Shown: positions 50,201-60,526, counted from the stretch's first letter. The stretch is DNA of 64,000 nucleotides from Armatimonadota bacterium (GCA_036504855.1 DASXUL010000075.1:12655-76654), one strand, 5' to 3'. Program-made: numbers and translations. The notes: a model not told the origin generated them from the sequence alone.

Positions 50201-50818
50201 AACCGCAAGGCGATTCTGCGCGCCTCGGAGCGGCTGGCCGCGGATGGCGCGGCGCGGCGGACGCTGGGGCGGAACCTCCTGACGGAAACGGCGCTGCCCC
50301 GCGTGCGGGATTTCACCGATTACGACAAATCGCTGAAGGAACTGGCCACGCTGGGGTTCTGCGCCGGGCCGGACCCGGTTTCGTTCCACCGGCGGCGGCT
50401 GGCGATGGCGGGGGTGCAAACGTGCGCTCAGGCGGCGGCCACGCGTGACGGCGGCCGCGTTGTGGTGGCGGGCTGGCGCACCCGCGCCCACACCCCGCCC
50501 ATCCGCAGCGGAAAAACCATCGTCTTCTTCACGCTGGAAGACGAAACCGATATCCTGGACATCACCGTGTTTCCAGACGTGTACGACATCTATGGGCGCA
50601 CGGTATTCGCGGAGCGGATGGTGGTGGTGTGCGGATACGCCAACTACCGGGATGGCGCGTTCGGAGTGGTGGCCGAATCCATTCGCCCGTTGCGCGACGT
50701 GCTCATTGCGGCCCGCGAAATGGAGATGGCGCTGCCCGCTTTCACGGACACGAGCATGGCCGAAAGCGGCTGGACCCTCCCGGCCGCCGCCTTCGCCAAC
50801 GAGGTGGACGGGCGGTGA
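47228..50818 (+). CDS. dnaE2: error-prone DNA polymerase III alpha-subunit paralog DnaE2 (PHP + pol IIIa core + OB)
   Basis: N-terminal PHP 'YVELHCHSQHSLRDGA'. 1196 aa. Sits downstream of imuB in the LexA-box cassette. Confidence 0.8.
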   Translation: MEQEFQPKKRLVWSDDGGWRTNDGRPASAPVPPPPPPPAAPASYVELHCHSQHSLRDGAAHIEDLAARAKALGMPALGVTDHDSMAVAPEFRAAAVAEGVKPIQGVEVSFAGHAGGAFHLTLLAETDEGFGHLCEILTLMRGPMSTVLRPQETAPDAPSRRNPFATMDMLTGRAKGILCLTGCAKGKLAHHLLRREEEEAEQTLGLWADLFGKENVFVELQDHKRGFEPSLNRRLCELADRFDLPVVATNNVHFLARADFWVHEAMACWRAGRLSRTAVFPERPRSAEAYLKGADEIARLFRPRPDALSNTLAIAERCTPVLDPAVRRWPDFTPPPGFTEDSYLDHLVGLGARARYGANVPAEVCRRIQYELRLIRAKGFCGYFLLVWAVCRWMRQVDILYRVRGSAGGSVVAYCLYIATLDPFVYDLSFDRFLNEARSAPPDIDLDIDSRERDRVVDHLRQMYGRDRVASVAAYSTIRGKSLIRDFGPVFDLPPDVIDLASKSLRNVGAHHLGEAFEGLPQLRDAGIPKEPFQPLIDLGLKISRFPSHTQTTVGVVISGLPLTQVSPLWPAAKDGQAAVSYDKDWVERVGLIKTDFLFLRELAAIRDCVRSMEKGSDSGSRIPDSDMDAEPACIQEAFAADRIPDSDMDSREVICGSEPATKGRNPESGMRAPISLPNPESGIRTPISSFDYDGIPLDDPDTFALLASGRTIGVFQLESPAQRVLMQRMRPSHIKDCVAAVALIRPGPITGDAVTPFVVRRTGREPVTYPDERLRPVLEDTYGVVIYQDQVIELAMAAAGWSPDRADQLRRRISHARSKDMMRDIQVEFIAAVLAQGFTQEVADWCFKSILGFASYGFCHAHAAAFGETAYKSAYLLAHYPSHYLMGIMNNYPMAYYPLRTVVAEARRRGVKVLPPDVNRSQADDIANDTTIRAGLKHVHGIKRRTLEAIAAARAEGSFPTVPEFCARVPVSRDEVESLALAGAFDALHPNRKAILRASERLAADGAARRTLGRNLLTETALPRVRDFTDYDKSLKELATLGFCAGPDPVSFHRRRLAMAGVQTCAQAAATRDGGRVVVAGWRTRAHTPPIRSGKTIVFFTLEDETDILDITVFPDVYDIYGRTVFAERMVVVCGYANYRDGAFGVVAESIRPLRDVLIAAREMEMALPAFTDTSMAESGWTLPAAAFANEVDGR
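49085..49310. repeat. in-frame composite repeat insertion (GGATTCCGG/CCGGAATCC direct and inverted units) inside dnaE2
   Basis: Two direct CGGATTCCGGATTCCGACATGGA units, then two inverted (T)CGGAATCCGGAATCCGGA..CCCCGAT units. They encode RIPDSDMD x2 and NPESGxRxPIS x2. Confidence 0.6.
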
Positions 50819-50995
50819 CAATAGCGGCCCAGCGAGTCCCGTTTGAGGTTGTCTTGAGCACAGTAACGCCGGCGGCCCGCCGGCATGGCCGCGCGGCGGC
50901 CACTTCCAGCGCCGGATTGTCCGCCCTTCGGGCGGATGCCGGCGGGCCGCCGGCGCTACTGCGGTTTTCCTCACCGCGCTTACCGGATGAACTTC

Positions 50996-51664
50996 TTACA
51001 ACTCCCGCTTGCAGAAGTACCAGTCCGTGTACTCGTAGCCTTCCTGCTCGCGCTGGCGGGCGGCTTCCAGGGTGGCGGGCGGCGGCACGATCACCTTATC
51101 ACCGGGCTGCCAGCCCTCCGGGGTGGCAACCTTGTTGGCGTCCGCTGTCTGCAGCGCCGCCAGAAGGCGCAAGAACTCCGGGATGCTGCGCCCGTTGGAC
51201 ATCGGGTAGTACACCATCGCGCGCAGGATGCCCGCCGGGTCGATGAAGAACACGCTGCGCACCGCCGACGTGTTGGAGGCGCCGGGGTGGATCATGCCGT
51301 AGGCGTGGGCGACTTTCATGTTCAGGTCGGCGATGACGGCGAATGGAACCTTCACCCCGAACTTCTCCTCAATGTTGCGCATCCAGGCGATGTGCGACTG
51401 TACGCCGTCGATCGAGAGGCCCAGAAGCTCGCAGTCCAGCGCCTTGAACTTATCGTAGTTTCGGGCGAAGGCCACGAACTCGCTGGTGCAGACGGGCGTG
51501 AAGTCCGCCGGGTGCGAAAAGAGGATCAGCCAATGGCCCCTGTAGTCCTTCAAAGACTTCAGGCCCTGCGTGGTAACCGCCTCGAAGTCCGGGGCCGGTT
51601 CATTCAACTGCGGAAGGGTGACGGGAACGGGAACGGTGGCATCCATATTTGTTCCTTTCTGCAT
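50996..51664 (-). CDS. peroxiredoxin (1-Cys/Prx6-like, AhpC/TSA family); start at 51664 or 51646
   Basis: 'FTPVCTSEF' peroxidatic-Cys motif. Prx fold length. Confidence 0.75.
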   Translation of the reverse strand: MQKGTNMDATVPVPVTLPQLNEPAPDFEAVTTQGLKSLKDYRGHWLILFSHPADFTPVCTSEFVAFARNYDKFKALDCELLGLSIDGVQSHIAWMRNIEEKFGVKVPFAVIADLNMKVAHAYGMIHPGASNTSAVRSVFFIDPAGILRAMVYYPMSNGRSIPEFLRLLAALQTADANKVATPEGWQPGDKVIVPPPATLEAARQREQEGYEYTDWYFCKREL

Positions 51665-51751
51665 CTACCGAAACAGGCGGCGCGGGACGGCCGTTTCCAC
51701 GGCCGCCGTCCCGCGCCCAACGCGCCACAGATTATAGCCCGCCGTGTTCGA

Positions 51752-53320
51752 TCAGTGCATCCCGACGGGCGCCGCGGCGGCGGCCTGGGCTCTCCGGAAG
51801 AGGAGGAGAAGCGGGAAGGCCAGCAGGAAAGCGACGCCGATACAGAGGAAGGCGTCTTCGAACGCCATCACGGTCGATTGTCCGACGACGATCTGATCCA
51901 TCAGCGCCGCCGCTTGCCTCTGGGCGATCGGCGCCGCGGCGCCCTTCGCCATCAGGTAGGCCTGCACCGCCCTGAAGCGGACCACAACCAATGGGTTGAA
52001 GGCCGTGAGGTTCTCCACCATCATGGCCCGGTGAAAAGCCGCGCGGTGGTCCAGCAGCGTGGAGAGGAAGGCGATGCCGGCGCTTCCGCCCCATTGCCGG
52101 GTGAGGTTGAAGAGACCGGACCCATCCGCCATGTCCTTTCCCTGGAGGCCCGTGAGGCTGGCGATGGAGAGGGGGACGAACAGGAAGCCGAGGCTGCCGC
52201 CGCGCAATATGAATGGCCAGATGAGGTGCTCCGGGCCAGTGTCCATCGTCACGCGGTTCAGCATCCACATGGCGCCGATGAACATCATGGTGCCGATGGC
52301 CACCAACCACCGCGCGTCGTATCGCGCCACTACCTTGCCGACGAGGGCCATGGAGATCGCCGCCGACAGGCCATCCGTGATGAGCATGACGCCCGTCTGC
52401 ATGGCCGTGTAACCCCGCACCTGCTGCAGGAACACAGGCAATATGAACAGGCTGCCGTACAGCCCGAAGCCAAGTACAATGGAGAACACCGTGCCGGCAG
52501 CCAGTCCCCGGTCCCTCAAAACGCGGAGGTTCACGGCCGGCGAGTCCACCCTCATTTCCCACCAGATGAAGGCGGCCATGCCGACAACCGCGATGGCGGA
52601 GAGCCAGCAGATCATCGGGGAGTCAAACCAGTCTTCCCGGTTGCCGCGTTCCAGCACCACCTGCAGACTTCCGACGCCGATCGCCAGCAGGCCGATGCCC
52701 ACGCCGTCGATCTTGCCGCTGGCTTCGTGTCCGTCGGCGTCGCGCATGTACGACAGCGTGAGGAGAGCGGCCGGAACGCCGATGGGCACGTTGATGAAGA
52801 AGATCCACGGCCATGAGAAGCTATCCGTGATGTAGCCGCCCAACGTGGGGCCGACCGTTGGGCCCACCATCACGCCGATGCCGAAGATGGCGGCCACCAG
52901 GCCGTGTTGCTCCGTGGGGAAGATCTCCAGCAGCGTGGCCATGGAGGTCGAGAGCAGCGCCGCGCCGCCCGCCCCTTGCATGATGCGGAAGAAGATCAGC
53001 ATGTCCAGCGTGCGCGACATGCCGCACATGAAGCTGGCCGCGGTGAACACGATGATCGAGCCCGCCAGGTATTTCCGCCGCCCGAAGTAGGCGGAAAGCC
53101 ACCCGGAGAGCGGCAGGACGATGACGTTGGCGATGATGTAGCCGGTAGAGACCCAGTTCACCTGGTCCAGCGTGCACCCCAGGTTGCCCATCATGTCCGG
53201 GATGGCCACGTTCACGATGCTGACGTCCAGGGTTTCGAGGATCGTGCCCAGCATCAGGCCGATCAGCACCATCCATCGGGCGGCGTTCGTGTATCCGGCG
53301 TATCCAACCTTTTGTTGCAT
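51752..53320 (-). CDS. MFS transporter, DHA2 (EmrB/QacA) multidrug-efflux family, 14 TM
   Basis: MFS motifs and 14 hydrophobic segments. Operon with HlyD and TetR genes. Confidence 0.75.
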   Translation of the reverse strand: MQQKVGYAGYTNAARWMVLIGLMLGTILETLDVSIVNVAIPDMMGNLGCTLDQVNWVSTGYIIANVIVLPLSGWLSAYFGRRKYLAGSIIVFTAASFMCGMSRTLDMLIFFRIMQGAGGAALLSTSMATLLEIFPTEQHGLVAAIFGIGVMVGPTVGPTLGGYITDSFSWPWIFFINVPIGVPAALLTLSYMRDADGHEASGKIDGVGIGLLAIGVGSLQVVLERGNREDWFDSPMICWLSAIAVVGMAAFIWWEMRVDSPAVNLRVLRDRGLAAGTVFSIVLGFGLYGSLFILPVFLQQVRGYTAMQTGVMLITDGLSAAISMALVGKVVARYDARWLVAIGTMMFIGAMWMLNRVTMDTGPEHLIWPFILRGGSLGFLFVPLSIASLTGLQGKDMADGSGLFNLTRQWGGSAGIAFLSTLLDHRAAFHRAMMVENLTAFNPLVVVRFRAVQAYLMAKGAAAPIAQRQAAALMDQIVVGQSTVMAFEDAFLCIGVAFLLAFPLLLLFRRAQAAAAAPVGMH

Positions 53321-53332
53321 GGGGGTCTTCCG

Positions 53333-54892
53333 CTACGGCCGTGTGGAGATCGTGGCCTTCACGCTCATGCCGGCTCGCAGGTCGGAGAGGCCATCCTGCC
53401 CGGCGTCCAGTACGATCTTCACGGGGACGCGCTGGACGATCTTGGTGTAGTTGCCGGTGGCGTTGTCCGGCGGCAAGAGGGCGAAGGTGGCGCCGGTGGC
53501 GGCGGAGATGCTGTCCACGTGGCCATGGAAGGCGCGCCCGGGCCATGCGTCCACCTCTATCTCGGCGGGCCGCCCCGGGCGCACGCCGGGGAGTTGGGTT
53601 TCCTTGTAGTTGGCCACCACCCACACGTTCTCGTTGGGCACCAGCGCCAGCAGGGGCGTTCCGGCCGATACCAGCGCGCCGACCTCAACGGACTTCTTGC
53701 TGACGCGGCCGGCCACGGGGGCGTAGATGCGCGTGTACCCGAGGTTGATGCGGGCGGCGTGGAGGGCGGCGCGGGCTTGCGCGATGCGGGCGACGGCCTG
53801 GGCGCTCGCCGTGCGGCTGAGGGCCACCTGACGCGGCGTGGTGCGCGCCTGCCGAAGCTGCCCCAGCGCCTGAGCGCGCTTTGCCTGCGCCTGGCGGATC
53901 ATGTCCTGCGACGCTCCATGAGCGGCCCAGGCCTGCCGAACGCCCGCCAGAGCGCCGGCCGTCTGCCGCTTGGCGGATACCAGCGCGGCGCGCGCTTGAT
54001 CGATGGCGGCGTCCGCTGCGTTCACCTGCTGGCGGGCGGCGTTGGTCTCCGCGTTCCGGGCGTCCACGGCGGCGCGGGCGGCCGACGCCTGATCCTTGGC
54101 GGCGTCCAGCGCGGCGCGAGCCGCTTGTTCGCCGGTGAGCGCATTATCCGCCACCTGCTGGCCCACCGCGCCGTCGGCGGCGAGGGCGGTGTAGCGCTTT
54201 GCGTCGCGGGCGGCTTTTTCAAAGGCCGCCTGAGCGGCGTTGACGTTGGCATCCGCCGCGCGGACGTTGGCGATGTACGCCACGGACTGCGCTTCCGCGC
54301 CCTTCAAGCCAGCGGCGGCCTTGGAGCGGTTCGCCTGCGCGGCGACCACTGCCGCCCGCGCAGCGCCGATGCCGGAGGAGGCGGTTTCCGCGTTGGCGCT
54401 GGCGGTGGATACGGCGGCCTCGGCGCGGGCGGAATCCTGCACGGCCGAGGCGATGCCGCCCTCCGCCTGGTCCACCAGCCCCGTCGCCTGCGCTTCCTGC
54501 GCGCCGCCGGTTTCGGCCGTGAGGGTTACGCTGACCCCGGCGCCCTGCGCCTGAGCGACCGCGGCCTGCAGATTGGCCGCCGCTTGCTCCGCCGCGGCCT
54601 GGTAAACGGCGTCATCCAGCACGGCGATGAGCTGCCCCGGCTTCACTTCCTCATTATCGTGTACCAGAACGCGCTTCACCGTGCCGCTCACCTGCGGCGA
54701 CACATTGATGACGTTGTTGATCAGCGTTGCGTTGTCGGTGACGGCGTGGGCGCTGGAGAAGAGCCATGCGCGGCCGCCGAAGAACGCCGCCGCCAGGACG
54801 GCGGCGAACAGAATGGCCGGGAGGATCGGCCGTTTCGCGGGGGGCGTGGCCTCCGCCGCAGGCGCCCCGCTGGGGGCTTTGGGGGTAGTCAT
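53333..54892 (-). CDS. HlyD/EmrA-family membrane fusion protein with a long coiled coil
   Basis: N-terminal TM, then an extended Ala/Gln-rich coiled coil, then a C-terminal beta-barrel domain pattern. Confidence 0.7.
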   Translation of the reverse strand: MTTPKAPSGAPAAEATPPAKRPILPAILFAAVLAAAFFGGRAWLFSSAHAVTDNATLINNVINVSPQVSGTVKRVLVHDNEEVKPGQLIAVLDDAVYQAAAEQAAANLQAAVAQAQGAGVSVTLTAETGGAQEAQATGLVDQAEGGIASAVQDSARAEAAVSTASANAETASSGIGAARAAVVAAQANRSKAAAGLKGAEAQSVAYIANVRAADANVNAAQAAFEKAARDAKRYTALAADGAVGQQVADNALTGEQAARAALDAAKDQASAARAAVDARNAETNAARQQVNAADAAIDQARAALVSAKRQTAGALAGVRQAWAAHGASQDMIRQAQAKRAQALGQLRQARTTPRQVALSRTASAQAVARIAQARAALHAARINLGYTRIYAPVAGRVSKKSVEVGALVSAGTPLLALVPNENVWVVANYKETQLPGVRPGRPAEIEVDAWPGRAFHGHVDSISAATGATFALLPPDNATGNYTKIVQRVPVKIVLDAGQDGLSDLRAGMSVKATISTRP

Positions 54893-55521
54893 AGTCGGTC
54901 TCCAAGGGGCGATTTCAGCCCCTGAATGATCAGGTCCGCCAGGCGGGTGGTCTCGGCCTCCACCGCGTCTCGTTGGCCCAGCTCACGCGGGCTGAGGCTG
55001 TAGGGCAAAAGGGAATTGGTGGCCGTGAGCAGCGTGACGGCGGTTTCGCCGGCGTCGCTGAACGCGAGCTTCCCGGCGGCGCGGCCCTCCAGGAGGACCT
55101 CCGCCAGCGCGGCGGCCTCGGCCTCGAAGTGTCGCTCGCGGCGGGCGAGGTAGGCCGGCCGGATGGCGGCGTAGATGTCGTCCAGCCTCTGCTGGTGCGT
55201 GCCGACGCTATCGAATCGAAGGAGGACGCGGGCGGCGAGCATCCGGCGGAGGCGGTCATCAGCTTCGCCCGGCTCGCGGGCGATCGATCGCAACGCGGCG
55301 TGGATTTGCGCGCTGATGCGGTCTATCACGGCGAGCGCAACCTCCTCCTTGCTGGAGAAATGGAGGTAGAGGGTGGCGCGCCCGATGCCGGCCTCGCGGG
55401 CCAGGTCACTCATGGATGTCTTGCGGTATCCGTAGCGGTCCAACAGGCGGCCGCCGGCCTCCAGGATGGCGGTGCGGGTTTCCTCACGCAGGTTCTGGCT
55501 GTGGTTATCTTCCATGGTCAT
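54889..55521 (-). CDS. TetR/AcrR-family transcriptional regulator
   Basis: HTH 'RKTSMSDLAREAGIGRATLYLHFSSKEEV'. Confidence 0.75.
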   Translation of the reverse strand: MTMEDNHSQNLREETRTAILEAGGRLLDRYGYRKTSMSDLAREAGIGRATLYLHFSSKEEVALAVIDRISAQIHAALRSIAREPGEADDRLRRMLAARVLLRFDSVGTHQQRLDDIYAAIRPAYLARRERHFEAEAAALAEVLLEGRAAGKLAFSDAGETAVTLLTATNSLLPYSLSPRELGQRDAVEAETTRLADLIIQGLKSPLGDRL

Positions 55522-55913
55522 ATAGACAGATATAGTCCATCTGTCTATATTGTGCCAAGGCCGCGCTGGAAATAGCCAGCGGCGGCGGCGTATCGTGGAC
55601 GCCGGTTTGCCTTCGCTCGAACCGGCCGTTCATCCTGAATGAGCGCGGGAAGCCCGCGCTTTGGCAAAACCTGGCGTGTTGCAGTTTTGAACCGATAACC
55701 CTGTGAAGGTGGTGGAATGAGCGATTCCAGGCAAGACCTTCCCGACGCTGTGGACGTATGGACTGACACAGAGAATGCCATCTCGTCCCTAGCCCCGGGC
55801 GATACCTCCTGTATCCATGATCTCTTGCGCCGTGCGGCCTGCCGCCCGACGCCTCTGAGACGCCTCCCCGCGCGCCCACATGGCGGCGCCGGCGAGCGGA
55901 CGGAGGGACCACG

Positions 55914-56924
55914 ATGAAGTCAACGGGGTCCGATCTGTTCGAGCTTATCGCCGAGATTGAGGGCCGCATCGGCGAAATCAGACGCGGCGATTCCTATGCG
56001 CTCTACGAGTTGATGTACGAAGCCGCATGCCGGGTGGCGCCGATCGGCTGTTTTTACGTATGCATCTACTCTCCGGAGACCGGCCAGTTGCACTTCGCGT
56101 ACAACCGGGACGGCGACGTCCTCGAGGAGCCCGTTACCGCGTCTCTCGGCGATGGTCCAACCTCCTGGGTTGTGCGAAATGGCCGCCCGCTGATCCTCTC
56201 ATCCAAGACCGAGACCATCCAGCGCTCCGGAATTCGCTTCGGCGATCGCGCGCGCGTTTCGCAATCGGCGGTCCACCTGCCCATGCGGACGGTTGGCTCC
56301 GGAGGGAAATCCCTCATTGTGGGCGTGGTTTCGGCTCAGTCATATGAACCGGACGTGTTCGGCGCCCAGGAGATCGGCATCCTCCAGTCGCTGGCCGACC
56401 GAGCGGCGCGGATCCTCCACCTGGACTCCATGCACGACAGTTGCCGCCGGCGCATCCATGGCCTCCAGGACGAGCTGGAGAGGCGGCGTTTGCGGAGCGT
56501 TCACCTGTCCGAGGAGTTCACCGAGATGATGGCGGGGATCGCCCTTGAAGCGAAGGCCCTCATGGCGATCACGCCGGCCGACTTGCATCACCTGCGCGAA
56601 GCCGAGATGGCGCTCCATCGTTCCTGCCACAAGGTCATGACCCTCGCGGCGCAGGCGTCCACGCAACTCGACGAGGCGCATCCCGAAAGCGCGGCCCCCA
56701 CCGACGCGGCGCACTCCCGCGCGGCGAGCCTCACCGAGCGGGAGATGGAGATTGCGGCCCTGCTGGCCAGCGGGCGCTCCAATGCAGCCATTGCCGAAAC
56801 CCTGTTCGTGACGGTGGACACTGTGAAGTTCCACTGCGCCAACCTCTACCGCAAGTTGGGCGTAAACAACCGGGTTCAGGCCGCGCAGGCCGCCGCCGCG
56901 CTGATTAACGCCCGCATCGCCTGA
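55914..56924 (+). CDS. GAF-domain + LuxR-type HTH transcriptional regulator
   Basis: C-terminal 'EREMEIAALLASGRSNAAIAETLFVTVDTVKFHCANLYRKLGV' LuxR/GerE HTH. Confidence 0.65.
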   Translation: MKSTGSDLFELIAEIEGRIGEIRRGDSYALYELMYEAACRVAPIGCFYVCIYSPETGQLHFAYNRDGDVLEEPVTASLGDGPTSWVVRNGRPLILSSKTETIQRSGIRFGDRARVSQSAVHLPMRTVGSGGKSLIVGVVSAQSYEPDVFGAQEIGILQSLADRAARILHLDSMHDSCRRRIHGLQDELERRRLRSVHLSEEFTEMMAGIALEAKALMAITPADLHHLREAEMALHRSCHKVMTLAAQASTQLDEAHPESAAPTDAAHSRAASLTEREMEIAALLASGRSNAAIAETLFVTVDTVKFHCANLYRKLGVNNRVQAAQAAAALINARIA

Positions 56925-57426
56925 CGCCCGTGCGATGGCAAGAAGCGCCCCCGTCTCCTCGCAAGGGGAGGCGGGGGCGCTTCGCATGGGCGGCGTGATT
57001 GGTTGTACGGCCCCTGTACCGATACACCTACCCGGTTGGGCAGGTTCGAAGACCAATCGTTTGGGCAGTAGCGCCTAGGCCTTTCCCCTGATACAATCGA
57101 AGTACAACCGATAAGCGAGGAAGCATAAGCGGCCTCGCCGAGGCGGCAGCATTAGAGGTCGCGATACGCAACGGAGCGCCGCGGCCAGGCGGGGGACCTC
57201 CCCCTCCCACCGTGGCCCGGGGGCAGCAGGGCCACATGCGATGATGGAGCGGCATGGCGCCGCCTCCAAAAACGCCCCGCGCCGGAGTGGACAAGACCCC
57301 GGCGCGAAACAGCTGAACGCGGCCGTCCGGCCTCGTAAGCACAGGACAACCGCAGTCAACCCACCATGTTGCCTATCGGCAACGAACCCGCCGTCCTTCA
57401 GGGATGGCACAGGAGCAATTGTTCCA

Positions 57427-58002
57427 ATGAAATTCGGAATTGCCATCGCCCTCGGCGCCCTCGCCCTCGGCACAACTGTGTTTGCGCAGGTCCCGGCACC
57501 CACACACTTCACTCCAGGCGATGTATCTTCCATCACGAGTGGACCCGGGAATGTCACGATGACCACGACTATTGATGTCGAGCCGTACGTGTACGTGAGT
57601 GGAGATGTCTCCTCGAAGATTACGGTTAGCGGCTGGGGGGCTGGCACCGCCGCATTTGGTACGGTTGGCAACAACTCCCTTGGAGTATTCAGCCGGGGCA
57701 CAGTCACCTTTGCGTTCTCCGCACTAACGACGGCCAAATTCACCGGATCGAGTTCCGTTCCCGGTATCAAGACCATCCCCGTATCATACAAGTTCAGCCT
57801 AGCTGACGATGAAGGTGGCGACTATGGCACGCCAGTAACCGTGGTTGGCACCGACACGGGTGCGTCAGGCGGGCCCCTGACAATGATAACTCCTGCTTCC
57901 GGATCATTCCTTCTTCCTATCAACCGTTCCATTTCTGTCGTCCCTGACCAGGCTGTAGGGTCGTACGCAGCAACTGGCACGATCACAATTAGCGTGAACT
58001 GA
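57427..58002 (+). CDS. secreted beta-rich protein, putative fimbrial/pilus subunit
   Basis: Signal peptide MKFGIAIALGALALGTTVFAQ. A Thr/Ser/Gly-rich beta-strand pattern. Confidence 0.4.
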   Translation: MKFGIAIALGALALGTTVFAQVPAPTHFTPGDVSSITSGPGNVTMTTTIDVEPYVYVSGDVSSKITVSGWGAGTAAFGTVGNNSLGVFSRGTVTFAFSALTTAKFTGSSSVPGIKTIPVSYKFSLADDEGGDYGTPVTVVGTDTGASGGPLTMITPASGSFLLPINRSISVVPDQAVGSYAATGTITISVN

Positions 58003-58150
58003 GATCCGGTTCCGTCGAAGCCAGAACCGGAATCGGTTCTGGCTTCGATCTGTGTCCCGGCGGCAGAGCGCTCACTAAGTCAGGCCCATCGGGGTTCTAG
58101 ATCCGTTGCCAGGTCTTGATGCAGGTCCGTCGCAGGGAGGCACGGCTGAA

Positions 58151-59785
58151 ATGTACGCAAAAGTAGTGGCCCGATTGGTTTTAGCCGCCCTCATAGACCT
58201 AACAGGGGCTCTTGCGGCCTCCCAAGTCTCGGCGCCGGTAGATGTCAGCGCCGCCGTAGGCGGAGTGCTCGTTTCGCCACTTTCCTTCCGCCTCGCAGGA
58301 AAACCGGGCCAGAATGCCGCGCTGGAGGTCGATGCTAGCGTTCCAGGAACGGCTTCTGTAAACGCGCGTATGGAGGTGCTCCAGTACGTCCCGGAATCCG
58401 GCACCTACAGGGCGCAGTTCGGTGTACAGAACCCCCAGGATGCCGCCGGCTGGTTTGCGGCCCGTGATAACACGGTGAACCTTCGCCCCGGTGAACGACA
58501 CGCATTCGTCCTTAAGTACTCGGTACCACGTTCCACGCGCGGCTGTTACTACTGTATGGTCCGGCTGACGCCGAAGCCGGCCGGATCGGTCACTGGCCTA
58601 TCGATTGTCTATGAGATACCTGTGGTCTTCTTCGTCGGACGCCAGGCATCTCCCCTGATCTCTATCGCTAGTCCAATCCTAGAGGCGGGAGCAGCGACAG
58701 CCGGGCGAACCGAGGCCCGGATTGCGGTCCCAATATCGAATGATGGTGATGGGTTCGCCGTTATCGGCGCAACCGGCGAGGTCCGAAACCTTCGATCGGG
58801 CCGCATCGTAAAATCCGTTTCGGACTCCGACCGGAATCTCTTCCCACGTACGAAGCGGAACCTGTTCTTCTCACTTGGGCCACTGTCGGACGGCCTATAC
58901 AGGGCCTCATTTAACGTCGAAGTCGGAACTCGCCGCCTACCCCGCGTAAGCGCGGATTTTGCGCTCCAGGGTGGCCAGGTAAAGCCTCTGACGCCATCCG
59001 ACACAGTGAGTTTGACGCCCGTAGTCTGCGACCCACCGTCGTTCCACCTTACCATTCCAGCTGGTGCCGAACGCACTCAGGTCCTGAGAGTCACCAACGT
59101 TTCACAGGCTCCGATCAAAGTGCGAGGAGCTGCGCTTCCCGTAGCACAAGCTCACTCAGGCTCTATCGGCGTTGCTGACGGAGCGCTACCGCCGGGTCTA
59201 TCGGTGCAGGTAGCCCCAAGCGATCTTGACCTTCAGCCTGGTCGTTCAGGGTCGATGCGCGTCACTGTTGGAGTCGATCGCGGTGCGGAGGGAGACATGT
59301 GGTTTGGTCTGGCAATCACCAACAGCCTCAACGAACACACCTTGGCGGAGACCATCCTGAGCGACGTAGAAGTCAGCGGAACCCTTATCCCCGATATAAA
59401 AGTAAGGGCAAGCCGGGTAGAAGCAGTTGGGAAAAAGCCTGTTGCGGTGAGTTTCGAAGCCGAGAACACTGGGAACCAGGCTCTTCGGCCGGTGGCCACG
59501 GCTGCCCTTCTGGCTGATGGGATTCAGAGCGTGGGTGCGCTACAGATCCCCGTGCTGGGTGACGGGGGCATATTGCCGGGTGCTGTACTCCCCAACACAG
59601 TTGTCCTACCGCCGACGCTCAGGCCGGGGAAATACGTCGTGGAAGTCTCATATCAGTACACGGCGACGGATTTCGCCCGCCTGCGGGTTCCCATCACCGT
59701 TCCATCAGAGAGGCCCGCGAAGCTGGTGAAGCCCGCGGCAAAGACTGTTAGGAAACCGGTTGGCAAGCGGGCTGGAGTGCGGTAG
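58151..59785 (+). CDS. secreted protein with two tandem Ig-like beta-sandwich repeats (possible pilus-assembly chaperone-like)
   Basis: Signal peptide MYAKVVARLVLAALIDLTGALAASQ. An internal duplication (two ~200-aa repeats). Confidence 0.35.
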   Translation: MYAKVVARLVLAALIDLTGALAASQVSAPVDVSAAVGGVLVSPLSFRLAGKPGQNAALEVDASVPGTASVNARMEVLQYVPESGTYRAQFGVQNPQDAAGWFAARDNTVNLRPGERHAFVLKYSVPRSTRGCYYCMVRLTPKPAGSVTGLSIVYEIPVVFFVGRQASPLISIASPILEAGAATAGRTEARIAVPISNDGDGFAVIGATGEVRNLRSGRIVKSVSDSDRNLFPRTKRNLFFSLGPLSDGLYRASFNVEVGTRRLPRVSADFALQGGQVKPLTPSDTVSLTPVVCDPPSFHLTIPAGAERTQVLRVTNVSQAPIKVRGAALPVAQAHSGSIGVADGALPPGLSVQVAPSDLDLQPGRSGSMRVTVGVDRGAEGDMWFGLAITNSLNEHTLAETILSDVEVSGTLIPDIKVRASRVEAVGKKPVAVSFEAENTGNQALRPVATAALLADGIQSVGALQIPVLGDGGILPGAVLPNTVVLPPTLRPGKYVVEVSYQYTATDFARLRVPITVPSERPAKLVKPAAKTVRKPVGKRAGVR

Positions 59786-59859
59786 AAACCAGTTGATGGT
59801 CCGCGCGCGAGTGCGTGGAGCAGACGAGAGCACGGTCGACTTCGACGTTTGGGATACCG

Positions 59860-60489
59860 ATGCAGAATCGCCATAACCATATCGCCTGCTTCCTTCTGGC
59901 CTTTGCGCCGATTTCCGTAGCGCATGCTGTCGCCGCCGCGCGACCGACGCCGGGTCGCACGTTCACCTACGCCGCCACGGACGCGGTGGATGGCCGCTTC
60001 GAGGGGAAAACCGTCACGCTTCCCGCGTCGACAACGGTTTTTGTGCAGCCGTATCTGTGTGTTGTCGCCGCTTCGCCGTTAGCCTCCGTGCAGGGGCAGA
60101 CTGCGGGTTTCTCAACAGCGGAGAACGCCCCAGCCACGGTGGTGGATCGCCTGTACATCTACCACAACATGGATCTCTCGTTCCGGCTGGAGTCCAAGGA
60201 TCCGGCGAAGATACACCCAATACGTTTGGCGCGGGCGGGGCGCACGGTTGCCTGCCAGGATCTGGACAAGGTGACGCTGCGGCTTCTGCCGGTGAAGGGT
60301 GCCGATGCGCCATATCTGGTCTACGGACCGGCACGATTGTATCCTGGTGTTCCGGCCCGCGCAGGTTCCGTCTCACCCGCGGTCACCGGCGGGTCCACCA
60401 CTCTGGAACTCACCCGCTCCTTGACGGTCGTGCCAGGCAAGAAGCAGTTCATTCATAGCGCAGTGACTCTCACGATCACGCCGCTGTAA
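59860..60489 (+). CDS. secreted beta-rich protein (second putative pilus subunit)
   Basis: Signal peptide MQNRHNHIACFLLAFAPISVAHA. Confidence 0.35.
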   Translation: MQNRHNHIACFLLAFAPISVAHAVAAARPTPGRTFTYAATDAVDGRFEGKTVTLPASTTVFVQPYLCVVAASPLASVQGQTAGFSTAENAPATVVDRLYIYHNMDLSFRLESKDPAKIHPIRLARAGRTVACQDLDKVTLRLLPVKGADAPYLVYGPARLYPGVPARAGSVSPAVTGGSTTLELTRSLTVVPGKKQFIHSAVTLTITPL

Positions 60490-60526
60490 TCCACCCAAGA
60501 TACCCGCCGCGCCGTCGCGCGGCCCC

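Noticed and set aside
47735-50974. 1079-aa minus-strand ORF
   Set aside because: Antisense to dnaE2, which has the PHP and pol IIIa motifs. It is Arg/Gly/Ala-rich low-complexity sequence typical of reverse frames in 67% GC DNA.
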